Assembly: GCA_040507895.1 (NCBI GenBank) | Contig: JBEVNX010000174.1 | Coordinates: forward strand, 1-42,107 | Direction of reading: 5' to 3' | Origin: Candidatus Binatia bacterium | GTDB lineage: Bacteria; Desulfobacterota; Binatia; JACPRU01 | DNA: 42,107 nucleotides | Shown here: piece after piece, positions 7,615 to 16,645 of the stretch | How the letters are laid out: every line of letters begins with the position of its first letter | How positions within the stretch are numbered: position 1 is the stretch's first letter | Program-made: the position numbers and the translations under genes | The notes under the pieces: model-generated | Told to the model about the DNA's origin: nothing | The model's database searches: none | The model's input: only the letters and a program-made list of their open reading frames with translations

Positions 7615-8649
7615 CTACTTGCTCTTCTTCTCGAAGGCCTTGACCTTTTGATACTTCCGGTAGTCGTAGCCAGTGGCCATGGCCATGAGCAGGCCTTCCA
7701 TGCCGCCGTCCTCTTCGCGGCGCAGGATGCGCAGTCGGTCGTAGAACTCCTCGAAATACTTGCTTGCACGCAAGCGATCGTCGAGCGGGCGAAGGAAGAA
7801 GTCCTTCAAGCGAGTGATCGTGAAACGCAACGCCGAGAAGCGCAGCTCGTTCGGGAAGGCATCCCATTCAGCGAGCGAGAGGGTACGTAGCGATTCATAG
7901 CCAGCGATCAGCGCCTCGAACCGGCGCAGCTGATACTTGCCGTCGTCGAAGCAGAGCGCATTGACGGCCGTGGCGAGGTCGTAGACGAATTTGCCGCGAC
8001 AGGCGGCCTCGAAGTCGAGGATGCCGACAACCTTCTCACCTTTGAAAAGCAAGTTGTCGGAGAACAGGTCGCCGTGGATGATCCCTTTCGGTAACTTTCC
8101 TTCCAGGTAGAAGTGCAGGTACTCGACCTCCTCGTCGAGGGTCCGAGTCACTTTGCGGAAATAGCTCGGCAGCTTCTCCCGGACATCCCGGTAAAGCTCG
8201 AACATCCGTTCGAAGCTGAACCGGTTGTCGATGCCCTTCTTATAGCCCTTGCCGATGAGATGGAGCGCCGCGAGCTCGCGACCGACGTTCTCGAGCTGAC
8301 CGAGCTTCAGCTTGCCTGGTTCGAAAGTATCACCCTCGATGTGTCGATAGAGGGAGATGCACTTTCCCCCAAGCTCTCGATACTGACGACCTTTGCGATC
8401 AGGTAGCGGCTGGGGGCACGGAAAGGCGTGCTTGCGCAAGAACAGCAGCAGGTCGATCTCGCGCTTGACCTCAAGCTCGCTCTTGACCTCGTCGATCTTG
8501 AGCAGGAACTTCCCGCGGGCGGTGTTGAGGAGATAGTGGGTGTTTACCGAGCCCCGCGCAATTCCGTCCGTGACTAAGAGCTTGCCGAGCCCGTAGTCTT
8601 CCACGATCTGTGCGAGCTCTTCACGATCGATGAGTGTGTAGACCGCCAT
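7615..8649 (-). CDS. thrB: Homoserine kinase type II (APH/protein-kinase fold)
   Basis: 344 aa. The N-terminus MAVYTLIDREELAQIVEDYGLGKL..GIARGSVNTHYLL..GKFLLKI and the catalytic IIHGDLFSDNLLF match type-II ThrB. An APH-like small-molecule kinase cannot be excluded without a search. Confidence 0.78.
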   Translation of the reverse strand: MAVYTLIDREELAQIVEDYGLGKLLVTDGIARGSVNTHYLLNTARGKFLLKIDEVKSELEVKREIDLLLFLRKHAFPCPQPLPDRKGRQYRELGGKCISLYRHIEGDTFEPGKLKLGQLENVGRELAALHLIGKGYKKGIDNRFSFERMFELYRDVREKLPSYFRKVTRTLDEEVEYLHFYLEGKLPKGIIHGDLFSDNLLFKGEKVVGILDFEAACRGKFVYDLATAVNALCFDDGKYQLRRFEALIAGYESLRTLSLAEWDAFPNELRFSALRFTITRLKDFFLRPLDDRLRASKYFEEFYDRLRILRREEDGGMEGLLMAMATGYDYRKYQKVKAFEKKSK

Positions 8650-8689
8650 CGCTCACCCCCAGCCAACGCAACCACCGCACCGTGCCGGG

Positions 8690-8719
8690 AGTGTAGGGCC
8701 GTATATTAGCGATTGTCAA
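8690..8719 (-). promoter_or_regulatory. sigma70-like promoter candidate for thrB
   Basis: Minus strand reads TTGACA (8719-8714), 18-nt spacer, TACACT (8695-8690). It sits in a conspicuous AT-rich patch about 40 nt upstream of ATG 8649. The SD is GGGGGTGA. Confidence 0.4.
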
Positions 8720-8797
8720 GGATTTTTTCCGCAGTGGCACTGCCGTGGAGGCGCCTCGGTAGTCGCAGATTCGGCTGCTCCACGCGTCCGCGAGCGC

Positions 8798-8817
8798 AAA
8801 AAATGGCCGCCATTTCC
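8798..8817 (-). terminator. Weak hairpin plus T-run downstream of nth
   Basis: Minus strand reads GGAAATGG-CGG-CCATTTTTT about 27 nt after the nth stop. The stem is short and partly A/U, so this is a weak terminator candidate. Confidence 0.2.
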
Positions 8818-8843
8818 GTTTGTTGGGGCGCGAGGCTACGCGA

Positions 8844-9605
8844 TCAGACGCCGACTCGGGGGCACATAGGCTCGAGGGGACAGCCCTGGCAATTCGGCTT
8901 CCGCGCGAAGCACACGCGCCGACCGTGGTGGATGAGCCGGTGACAAAATTCGGTCCATTGCTCTGGCGGCAGCAATCGTCGGATATCCTGTTCGACCTTG
9001 TCCGGCTCGTCGAAGCGGGTGAGCGCGAGGCGGTATGAGAGCCGCTTGACGTGCGTATCGACGAAGACCGCGGGCTTGCCGAAGGCCGTGCCGAGCACGA
9101 CGCTTGCCGTCTTGCGGCCTACTCCTTGCAAGGACGTGAGATCCTCGATCGTATCTGGAACGCGGCTCTCAAACCGACTCACGATCGCTTTGGCGCTGGC
9201 ACGGATCGCTTTCGCCTTCTGACTGTAAAACCCGGTCTTGCGGATCAGCCTTTCGATCTTCGACTGGGGCGCGCGCGCAAGGCTCGAGGCGTCAGGAAAC
9301 TGCTCGAAGAGCGCCGGGGTGACCTGGTTCACCATCTTGTCGGTGCACTGCGCCGACAAGATGGTCGCGACCAGCAGCTCCCACGGATTGTGGAAGTCGA
9401 GCTCGCAAGTCGCGTCGGGGTAAGCTTCTTGCAGCCGGGCGGCAATTCGCACGGCGCGATGCTTGCGCGCCTCGGCGCTCTCGCGCCGTGATGGTGTCGT
9501 GGGCTTTGCCGGCGCTCTCAAGCCCGTTGCCTCCAGTGCGATTCGGGCTCCTCGTGCCCGTCGAGGTATTCGCGCGCTCGATGCTCCTGTTTCGCCCGGT
9601 TCCAC
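8844..9605 (-). CDS. nth: Endonuclease III (DNA glycosylase/AP lyase)
   Basis: ELLVATILSAQCTDKMVN, the HhH-GPD region LQGVGRKTASVVL and the C-terminal 4Fe-4S cluster C-x6-C-x2-C-x5-C (CFARKPNCQGCPLEPMC). ATG 9605 would overlap the glpD 3' end by 88 nt. The alternative in-frame GTG 9452 gives an E. coli-like N-terminus. Confidence 0.9.
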   Translation of the reverse strand: MEPGETGASSARIPRRARGARIALEATGLRAPAKPTTPSRRESAEARKHRAVRIAARLQEAYPDATCELDFHNPWELLVATILSAQCTDKMVNQVTPALFEQFPDASSLARAPQSKIERLIRKTGFYSQKAKAIRASAKAIVSRFESRVPDTIEDLTSLQGVGRKTASVVLGTAFGKPAVFVDTHVKRLSYRLALTRFDEPDKVEQDIRRLLPPEQWTEFCHRLIHHGRRVCFARKPNCQGCPLEPMCPRVGV

Positions 9606-11146
9606 TCGAGCTGCTCCGCCATCAGCTCCGCCGTCACTTTGGCGGCTTGCGCTCCGCCGTCCGCTGCCTTCAGCGCGACGTCGGTGCGCCGGCGCAAGAC
9701 GTCCTCCACGCGGCGTGCCATCTCCGCCACGGCCGCGAACGACGCCTCCGCCCGGATCTCCGGCCTGCCCGGATCGAGGGCTTCATTCGACGAGGGCATC
9801 TGAGCGGCCAAATCGAGCAGCTCCGGGGAGCGGCTGCCATATCGGCGGCGCAGGTGTTGCAGGCCGTCGGAGGCAGGCTCCCCGGGTTCGCGACCTCCAG
9901 GCAGGGGGAGCGACTCGGTGCCCGAGCGCGCGCGGATGCGCATGCCGAACCTCTCGCGTAGCTGCCGGGCGACGCGATCGATCACCTTGATCGCCACACG
10001 GCGATAGGTCGTCAACTTCCCTCCTCCAAGGGAAATCAGCCCCGACGAGCTCTCGAACAGCTCATCCTCGCGCGAGATCTCCGACGGCGCCTCGGGCCGC
10101 GTGCCGGCAACGAGCGGCCGAAGGCCGGCGAACGTCGAGACGACGTCTCGCTCGGTCAGACGCGCCGCGGGAAAATAGAAGTTCAGGCTCTCGAGCAGAT
10201 AGTCGACGTCCTCCGCCTCGGCGCGGACCGCATCGGGAGGCCCCGAGTAGTCCGTGTCCGTGGTGCCGACGATCGTGTGATCGTCCCAAGGGATGACGAA
10301 CAAGATGCGGCCGTCGCGTACGGCACGGAGAACGATGGCGTTCCGGTTGCCGATACGATGGCGAGGGACAACGAGGTGCACGCCCTTGGTCGGGCGCAAC
10401 ACCGGCCTCGCATCACCGTCGTCGAGCATGCGGACCTGGTCGAGCCACGGACCCGCCGCGTTGACGACCGAGCGCGTCCGCACGTGCACCACGCCCGTCT
10501 CGCCGTCGAGGTCGCGGACTCGGGCGCCGTCGAGAAGACCCGCAGCGTCCTTGTCGAGCGCTTCCACGGCGGCATAGTTCAGGCAGATCGCACCGGCCTC
10601 CTCCGCCCCGAGCGCGTTCTCGAGCACCAGCCGCGCATCGTCCGTGAAGCAGTCGTAGTAGAGCGCCCCGCCGAGAAAGCCTTCGTCGCGAAGTTGCGGC
10701 TCGACATCTGCCCGCTTGCCGCGGCCTACCCCCCGATGGCGCTCGATGTTGCGAAACGCGGCGAGCACGTCGTAGAGCGCCAATCCGACGCGGAGCTTCC
10801 AGAGCGCCATCGGGTTGCCGCGGTAGACGGGAAAAAAGAAGCGGAGAGGCGTCACCAAGTGCGGAGCAAGGCGCCGACGAAGCAAGTCGCGTTCGCGCGA
10901 GGCCTCGAACACGAGCGCGAAATCTCCCGTCTCGAGGTAGCGAAATCCGCCGTGTATGAGCTTGGAGGAGCGGCTGCTCGTGCCGTTCGCGAAGTCTCCC
11001 TTCTCCACGAGCACCGTGCGCAGCCCGCGCAGCGCCGCCTCTCGAGCGATGCCGGTGCCGTTGATGCCGCCGCCGATCACCAGCACGTCGAACGTCTCCG
11101 CGCCGATGCGGCGGAGCTTCTGGCGCCTCCACTCGTCCGCGGTCAT
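9518..11146 (-). CDS. glpD: FAD-dependent glycerol-3-phosphate dehydrogenase
   Basis: FDVLVIGGGINGTGIAREAALRG..VEKGDFANGTSSRSSKLIHGGFRYLE. Start placed at ATG 11146 (MTADEWRR..), which forms an ATGA overlap with the queE stop. The track start at 11248 would run deep into queE. Confidence 0.9.
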   Translation of the reverse strand: MTADEWRRQKLRRIGAETFDVLVIGGGINGTGIAREAALRGLRTVLVEKGDFANGTSSRSSKLIHGGFRYLETGDFALVFEASRERDLLRRRLAPHLVTPLRFFFPVYRGNPMALWKLRVGLALYDVLAAFRNIERHRGVGRGKRADVEPQLRDEGFLGGALYYDCFTDDARLVLENALGAEEAGAICLNYAAVEALDKDAAGLLDGARVRDLDGETGVVHVRTRSVVNAAGPWLDQVRMLDDGDARPVLRPTKGVHLVVPRHRIGNRNAIVLRAVRDGRILFVIPWDDHTIVGTTDTDYSGPPDAVRAEAEDVDYLLESLNFYFPAARLTERDVVSTFAGLRPLVAGTRPEAPSEISREDELFESSSGLISLGGGKLTTYRRVAIKVIDRVARQLRERFGMRIRARSGTESLPLPGGREPGEPASDGLQHLRRRYGSRSPELLDLAAQMPSSNEALDPGRPEIRAEASFAAVAEMARRVEDVLRRRTDVALKAADGGAQAAKVTAELMAEQLEWNRAKQEHRAREYLDGHEEPESHWRQRA

Positions 11147-11877
11147 CGGATCCCGAGGAATCGATGCGTTTGGGGCAGCACGCGGACGTCGGCGAGATGC
11201 TTGGAAACGATGTCGTAGAATCTCTCCAGCCGCGCGGGCGAAACGCACATCCGCGCATCCGGAGAGAGTATGGGCTGCAGGAAGAACGCGACGCCCGGCG
11301 CCGCCTCCCGCACGAGGCGTGCCGCTTTCTCGACCTCTGGCTCGAGCGTCGCCTCGTCGACGGGGACCTTCACGTACAACGTCTTCCCACGACTCGCGGC
11401 GAGGAACTCGTGGTGCGCCCTCCAGAACCCGGGCTCGCCGGAGTTCGACGGCAGCTTCACATCCATGCTGACGATGTCGACGAAGTCGAGAACGGCCTTG
11501 AGGCGCTCCGGGTAGGTGCCGTTGGTCTCGAGGAGGATCGGCACGGGCAGGCGGCTACCCGAGAACGCTTCGGCGAGGAATCCGGCTTGCAGCAGAGGCT
11601 CGCCGCCGGTGATCGCCAGGGCGTGCACGCCCGGAGTTGCCAGAAGCGGCTCGAGGAGCGATCGCACGCGATCCGGATCGAGCGGATTCGCGAGGCTCCG
11701 CGCACCGCCGTCGAGATCGTAGACGGTGCATGTCGGGGTACGTTCCAGACTGTCCGGGGTGTCGCAGTACCCGCAGCGGAGGTTGCAACCCGCCAGCCGC
11801 AGGAACACGTGGCGGCGGCCGGCGAACAGGCCCTCGCCTTGAAACGAGCAGAAGACCTCCGAGACGTAGCCGGGCAT
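11143..11877 (-). CDS. queE: 7-carboxy-7-deazaguanine synthase (radical SAM)
   Basis: MPGYVSEVFCSFQGEGLFAGRRHVFLRLAGCNLRCGYCDTPDS shows the QueE N-terminus with a Cx3Cx2C cluster. ITGGEPLLQ follows. Confidence 0.9.
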   Translation of the reverse strand: MPGYVSEVFCSFQGEGLFAGRRHVFLRLAGCNLRCGYCDTPDSLERTPTCTVYDLDGGARSLANPLDPDRVRSLLEPLLATPGVHALAITGGEPLLQAGFLAEAFSGSRLPVPILLETNGTYPERLKAVLDFVDIVSMDVKLPSNSGEPGFWRAHHEFLAASRGKTLYVKVPVDEATLEPEVEKAARLVREAAPGVAFFLQPILSPDARMCVSPARLERFYDIVSKHLADVRVLPQTHRFLGIR

Positions 11878-11886
11878 CGCGGGAAA

Positions 11887-13227
11887 TTAGCACGCCGCGT
11901 CACGCCCGGCCACGTGCCCTACGATGGCGATCTCGAGATCCATGACGTTGGTTCCCGTCGGCCCGGGCCGGAATAGGTCGCCGAGCGCGGCGAAAAACGC
12001 GTAGGAATCGTTGCGCCGGAGGAAGGCCCGCGGGTCGAGGCCACGGCGGCGCGCTCGTTCCATCGTCGTACCGTCGATAAATGCGCCAGCAGCATTCGTC
12101 GGTCCGTCCCGGCCGTCGCTTCCGGCGATCAAGCAGTGAACGGCCTCGAGACCCGCGATCTGCTCGGCGAGCGCGAGCGCGAAATGCTGGTTCCGCCCCC
12201 CGCGGCCGTCCCCACGGACTCTGACGGTCGTCTCGCCACCTGCGAGGAGGCACGATCCTCTCGCCTTCGCCTGGCGGCGCACCTCGATCGCGAATCGCGC
12301 AGCGGCGCGTTCCGTCTCTCCTCGCAGCGATGCCGTGAGGATTCGGGCACGCAAGCCGAGCGCCTCGGCCGCCGCCTCGGCCGCCCGCAACGCCAGGCGA
12401 TTATCGCCGATCACGAAGTTCCGGGCCTGACGTTCCCCCGGTTTGAGCGTCTCGGCTCGTGAGCCCCGCAGCCCGAGCTCTAGATGGCGACGGACCGCTC
12501 GGGGTATGCGGTCCAGAATTCGACGCCGTCGCAGAACCCGCAGCGCGTCGGCGAACGTCGTCGGGTCGGCCGCCGTCGGCCCGGAGCCGACGACCGCCGG
12601 CGACCCGCCGATCACGTCGGAGAGGATCAACCCGACGACTCGAGCTGCCCCCGCTCGCCGCAGAAGACCCCCGCCCTTCACGCGCGAGAAGTGCTTGCGC
12701 ACGGAGTTCATCTCGCGGATGGTCGCCCCGCTCCGCAAGAGCAGCTCGCTGGTCGAGATCTTGTCCCGGAGCGAAATGCCCGGCGCGGGCAACACGAGAA
12801 GGCTCGACGCTCCACCAGACAACAGCACCAGAATCAGGTCGCCGCGCCGCGCGCTCGCCGCGAGCTGCCACGCGCTCCTTCCCGCCTCGAGGCTCTGCCG
12901 GTTCGGCAGCGGATGACCCGCGACGAACTGGCGCAGCGCCCGCGGTAGATCGGTCAAGCGATCCGGCGATGCGACGATACCCCCTGATAGCCGTGGCCCG
13001 GCGATGCGGGCCGCCTCGCGGGCCATCGCGCCCGCGGCCTTGCCCGCCGCGATCAGCCAGATCTTCCCGGCGATCCCTATCGCCCGCCGTCCGCCGATCC
13101 GCGAAGCGGCCGGATCACCTGGAAGAAGCCGCGCGCGCACCAGCGATGCCGGCTCGACGGCCTTGATCGCCGCGCGATACAGGCGCTCGAGGAGCACGCG
13201 CTCCTCGCCTTGATTCCCCTTCGACAT
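11887..13227 (-). CDS. Glycerate 2-kinase / hydroxypyruvate reductase-like (DUF4147 + MOFRL domains)
   Basis: 446 aa. The signature GGETTVRVRGDGRGGRNQHFALALA and the C-terminal DGPTNAAGAFIDG..NDSYAFF..GDL..GPTGTNVMD are typical of MOFRL-family glycerate kinases. Confidence 0.85.
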   Translation of the reverse strand: MSKGNQGEERVLLERLYRAAIKAVEPASLVRARLLPGDPAASRIGGRRAIGIAGKIWLIAAGKAAGAMAREAARIAGPRLSGGIVASPDRLTDLPRALRQFVAGHPLPNRQSLEAGRSAWQLAASARRGDLILVLLSGGASSLLVLPAPGISLRDKISTSELLLRSGATIREMNSVRKHFSRVKGGGLLRRAGAARVVGLILSDVIGGSPAVVGSGPTAADPTTFADALRVLRRRRILDRIPRAVRRHLELGLRGSRAETLKPGERQARNFVIGDNRLALRAAEAAAEALGLRARILTASLRGETERAAARFAIEVRRQAKARGSCLLAGGETTVRVRGDGRGGRNQHFALALAEQIAGLEAVHCLIAGSDGRDGPTNAAGAFIDGTTMERARRRGLDPRAFLRRNDSYAFFAALGDLFRPGPTGTNVMDLEIAIVGHVAGRDAAC

Positions 13228-13259
13228 GCCCCTATGTAGCGCGCTGGAGGATCGGACGC

Positions 13260-13808
13260 ATGGCTACCGCCGCGGCGGAGTTCGAGCCCAAGGATCCCAT
13301 CGCGAGCTTCGGCGCCACGTGGAAGCGGGTGATGCTCGAGCCGCGGGCGTTCTTCGAAGCGCTGCCGGCGGCCGGAGGGCTTCAGCCGCCGCTCGCCTTC
13401 GCAGCCATCTGCCTGACGATCGGCGGCATCGAGTCCATGGTCTTCGGCGGAGGAGTTCGGGGTCTCTTCGGCCTGCTCGTGATTGGCTTGCTTCGGCTCT
13501 TCGTCGGCACGGCAATCGTGGCGCTGGTCGCCCAACAGTTGTTCGAAGGGCGAGGCGACTACGAGGCGACGTTCCGTGCCATCGCCTATTCGACGGCGGT
13601 CGTCGTCTTGATCGGTCTGCCGATCCTCAAGTACTTCGCCGCCCTCTACGGCGCGTACTTGGTGATCGTCGGCATCGCCAAAGCGCAGTCCTTCGACACC
13701 GTGCGCGCTCTGTTGACGCTGCTGGCCAGCGCCTTTGCCGGGCTGGTGATCGTCTATGCCCTGGGCCTAGGGCCCTGGGTTTGCCGCGTGAACCCGTTGC
13801 TACGCTGA
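13260..13808 (+). CDS. Yip1-domain-like integral membrane protein
   Basis: 182 aa with SD GGAGGA 8 nt upstream. A soluble N-terminus (..FGATWKRVMLEPRAFFEAL) is followed by about five hydrophobic segments. The layout resembles Yip1/DUF1282 proteins; the assignment is tentative. Confidence 0.5.
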   Translation: MATAAAEFEPKDPIASFGATWKRVMLEPRAFFEALPAAGGLQPPLAFAAICLTIGGIESMVFGGGVRGLFGLLVIGLLRLFVGTAIVALVAQQLFEGRGDYEATFRAIAYSTAVVVLIGLPILKYFAALYGAYLVIVGIAKAQSFDTVRALLTLLASAFAGLVIVYALGLGPWVCRVNPLLR

Positions 13809-13819
13809 ACCGACGCGGG

Positions 13820-14269
13820 TCAGCTCTCTTCTTCGACGTCGCCCGTGCCGAGCCGCCGGAAGGCGCCGAGGTCGTCGGCGCGCCGGTTGCGTCTCGCCTC
13901 GGTTTCGCGCTCGGACTGGCACTGAACGCACAGGCGCGTGAAGGGCATGACCTTCAGGCGCTCCGCGGTGATCTCGCCCTCGCAACTCTCGCAGATTCCG
14001 TACGTCCCTTCGTCGATGCGCTCGAGTGCCTGATCGATGGAGTTGAGCTTCGAGCGATCGCGATCGGAGAGCAGATAGTTGATCTCGCGGTCACGCTCCT
14101 CGCTGGCTACGTCGTAGGTGTCGCGGCCGTCGTCCTTCTGCCCCTCGCGACCTTCCTTGAGGTCGTCGCGAATCCCGCGCAGCACCTGCGCCTTCGTGTC
14201 GAGTAGCGTTTCTTTTGCCTGCTTGAGAAAGGCTTTGCGCACGGTCACGGTCGTCGTCCTCTCCCTCAT
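13820..14269 (-). CDS. DksA/TraR-family C4 zinc-finger protein
   Basis: CESCEGEITAERLKVMPFTRLCVQCQ (C-x2-C-x17-C-x2-C) is preceded by a coiled-coil region. Start is ATG 14269 or a nearby in-frame GTG. The track start 14311 would overlap rimO. Confidence 0.75.
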   Translation of the reverse strand: MRERTTTVTVRKAFLKQAKETLLDTKAQVLRGIRDDLKEGREGQKDDGRDTYDVASEERDREINYLLSDRDRSKLNSIDQALERIDEGTYGICESCEGEITAERLKVMPFTRLCVQCQSERETEARRNRRADDLGAFRRLGTGDVEEES

Positions 14270-14285
14270 CCGGCGGGCCGTCGAT

Positions 14286-15668
14286 TTAAGGGCGAATCGC
14301 CGGACTGTCAACCCCCACTTGGTGCGCGGCCGACGCTACCCTCCGACCCACCAGGTCGTAGTCGCCTGCAGAGACGATCCGAACGGGTGCCAGCTCTCCC
14401 GGCTCGAGAGGAGCCTCGTGGAAGTACACTACGCCGTCGATCTCGGGCGCTTGCGCAGCCGTTCGGCCGTACGGGCGGCCATTCTCATCCTCGCCGCACC
14501 CGAGAAGCGGCGCGACTCGGCCAACCCATCGCTGGTTCTTGCGTCGCGAGATCTCGCGCTGTAGCCGCATCAGGCGATCCCAGCGGTCCTGCTTCACCGT
14601 CTCCTCGACCTGCTCCGCCAGGGCGCCAGCCTCGGTGTCCTCTTCCTGCGAATAGCGGAACACCCCGACGCGATCGAACTCGAGATCGCGCACGAAAGCG
14701 CAGAGCTCCCCGAAATCCTCCTCCGTCTCCCCAGGGAACCCGACGATGAACGAAGTGCGGAGCGCCACGTGCGGAATGCGCGCGCGCACTCGCGCCACCA
14801 GGCGCCGGAGCGACAGCGCCGAGCGCTCGCGACGCATCGCGCGCAGCATGCGATCCGAGCCGTGCTGCAGCGGCATGTCGATGTACGGACAGACCTTCGG
14901 CTCCGTGGCCATGGTCTCGAGAAGCTCGTCGTTCACGAAGTTCGGGTAGCAGTAAAGAAGGCGAATCCAGTCGATGCCGTCGACGCGAGCGATGCGGCGA
15001 AGCAGTCCGGAGAGAGAGGCTCGCTCGACGAGATCTCGGCCGTAAGCGGTCAGGTCCTGGGCGATCAGGTTGACCTCGCGCACGCCTTGCGCAACCAGTC
15101 CCTCGACCTCGGCGACGATGTCGTCGACCGGGCGGCTTTCGTGACGGCCGCGGATCTTCGGAATGATGCAGAACGCACAACGATGGTTGCAGCCCTCGGA
15201 AACCTTCACATAGGCGGAATGGCTCGCCTCGGCGAGGATGCGTGGAGCTCGCGCATCGGGAAGCACGTGCTGCGCCCCTACGTAGGCGATCGGGGCCATG
15301 CGACGGGGACGACCGATCTCCTCGATCACGTCGCCGAGCCGCAGAAAATCGCCGGTGCCGACGAACGCATCCACCTCCGGCATCTCGGCGGTGAGCTCCT
15401 TCCCATAGCGCTCGGCGAGGCAACCGGTGACGACGAGCTTCTTGTTCTCGGGGCCGGCTTTGAGCCGCGCCATTTCGAGGATCGCGTCGATTGATTCCTC
15501 CTTGGCGGGCTGAATGAAGCTGCACGTGTTGACCACGAGGACGTCGGCCTCGGCGGGATCGAGCGTCACCTCGTAGCCCTCGGCGACGAGCCTCCCCAGC
15601 ATGATCTCCGCGTCGACCTGATTCTTCGGACAGCCGAGGCTCGAGAGATGTACCTTGCGAGACGTCAC
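14286..15668 (-). CDS. rimO: Ribosomal protein S12 methylthiotransferase (radical SAM, MiaB-like)
   Basis: HLSSLGCPKNQVDAEIMLG, VVNTCSFI, radical-SAM CNHRCAFCIIP and a C-terminal TRAM-like region. Start set to GTG 15668, preceded by AGGAG. The upstream 86 codons of the track ORF are Arg/Gly-rich shadow sequence. Confidence 0.9.
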   Translation of the reverse strand: MTSRKVHLSSLGCPKNQVDAEIMLGRLVAEGYEVTLDPAEADVLVVNTCSFIQPAKEESIDAILEMARLKAGPENKKLVVTGCLAERYGKELTAEMPEVDAFVGTGDFLRLGDVIEEIGRPRRMAPIAYVGAQHVLPDARAPRILAEASHSAYVKVSEGCNHRCAFCIIPKIRGRHESRPVDDIVAEVEGLVAQGVREVNLIAQDLTAYGRDLVERASLSGLLRRIARVDGIDWIRLLYCYPNFVNDELLETMATEPKVCPYIDMPLQHGSDRMLRAMRRERSALSLRRLVARVRARIPHVALRTSFIVGFPGETEEDFGELCAFVRDLEFDRVGVFRYSQEEDTEAGALAEQVEETVKQDRWDRLMRLQREISRRKNQRWVGRVAPLLGCGEDENGRPYGRTAAQAPEIDGVVYFHEAPLEPGELAPVRIVSAGDYDLVGRRVASAAHQVGVDSPAIRP

Positions 15669-15701
15669 CAGGCTCCTATAGCTAGCAGCGGGGAGGCGCG
15701 C

Positions 15702-16643
15702 ATGGAACTGCGTACGGTGACGGCCAACGGCATCCGCATGCGTATCGCGGACGAAGGAGCGGGCCCGCTGGTCCTGTTGCTGCATGGCTTCCCGGAGTCC
15801 TGGTACTCCTGGCGCCACCAACTGCCGGCGCTCGCCGCCGCGGGATTCCGCGTCGTGGCGCCCGACCAGCGTGGCTACGGGGGCACCGACGCGCCGCAAG
15901 CCGTCGAGGACTACGACATCCTGCACCTCGTGGACGACGCCGCGGGCCTACTCGACGCGCTGGGTGAAAAACAGGCGGTGGTCGTCGGTCACGATTGGGG
16001 GGCGCCGGTGGCCTGGCATTGCGCGCTCCTCTGCCCCGAGCGGTTTCGCGCCGTCGCGGCCTTGTCCGTCCCATACGTCGGGCGATCCCCACTGCCGCCG
16101 CTCGAGATGTTCCGCGCGATGGCCGGCGAGCATTTCTTCTACATCCTCTATTTCCAGGAGCCGGGCGTGGCCGAGCGGGAGCTCGAAAGCGACGTGCCGG
16201 CCACGATGCGCTGCTTCCTCTACGCGGCCTCCGGCGACGTCACCGAGCCTCTGGACTTCTGGCGGAAACCGAAGACCGCGAAATTCCTCGATGGGCTCCC
16301 GAACCCGCAGAAGCTTCCGCCCTGGCTCACCGAAGCGGATCTCGACTATTTCGCCGGCGAGTTTCGCCGCACGGGTTTTCGCGGCGGCCTCAACTGGTAC
16401 AGGAATCTCGACCGCAACTGGCAGCTCACCGCCGAGCTCGCCGACGCGAAGGTGATGCAGCCGGCGTTGTTCATCGCCGGCGAGCGGGACGGCGTGCTCG
16501 CGATGATCTCCGTCGATGCGATGCGGCCGCTAGTGCCGAACTTGACGCGACTGGTGATGCTACCCGGCTGCGGTCATTGGACGCAGCAGGAGCGTCCGGC
16601 CGAGGTCAATGCGGCGTTGATTCAGTTCCTGAAGGGGCTCTGA
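15702..16643 (+). CDS. alpha/beta hydrolase, epoxide hydrolase-like
   Basis: LLLHGFPESWYSWRHQ, the nucleophile elbow VVGHDWGAPVAW (Asp nucleophile) and C-terminal GCGHWTQQERP. ATG 15702 has SD GGGAGG 5 nt upstream. Confidence 0.85.
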   Translation: MELRTVTANGIRMRIADEGAGPLVLLLHGFPESWYSWRHQLPALAAAGFRVVAPDQRGYGGTDAPQAVEDYDILHLVDDAAGLLDALGEKQAVVVGHDWGAPVAWHCALLCPERFRAVAALSVPYVGRSPLPPLEMFRAMAGEHFFYILYFQEPGVAERELESDVPATMRCFLYAASGDVTEPLDFWRKPKTAKFLDGLPNPQKLPPWLTEADLDYFAGEFRRTGFRGGLNWYRNLDRNWQLTAELADAKVMQPALFIAGERDGVLAMISVDAMRPLVPNLTRLVMLPGCGHWTQQERPAEVNAALIQFLKGL

Positions 16644-16645
16644 GC

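Noticed and set aside
8733-8752. TGGCAC (sigma54 -24-like) in the nth-thrB spacer. Other TGGCAC occurrences lie near 3674, 5344, 20176 and 38446.
   Set aside because: None has a GC dinucleotide at the required -12 spacing. Most lie inside coding sequence on the wrong strand for any downstream gene.
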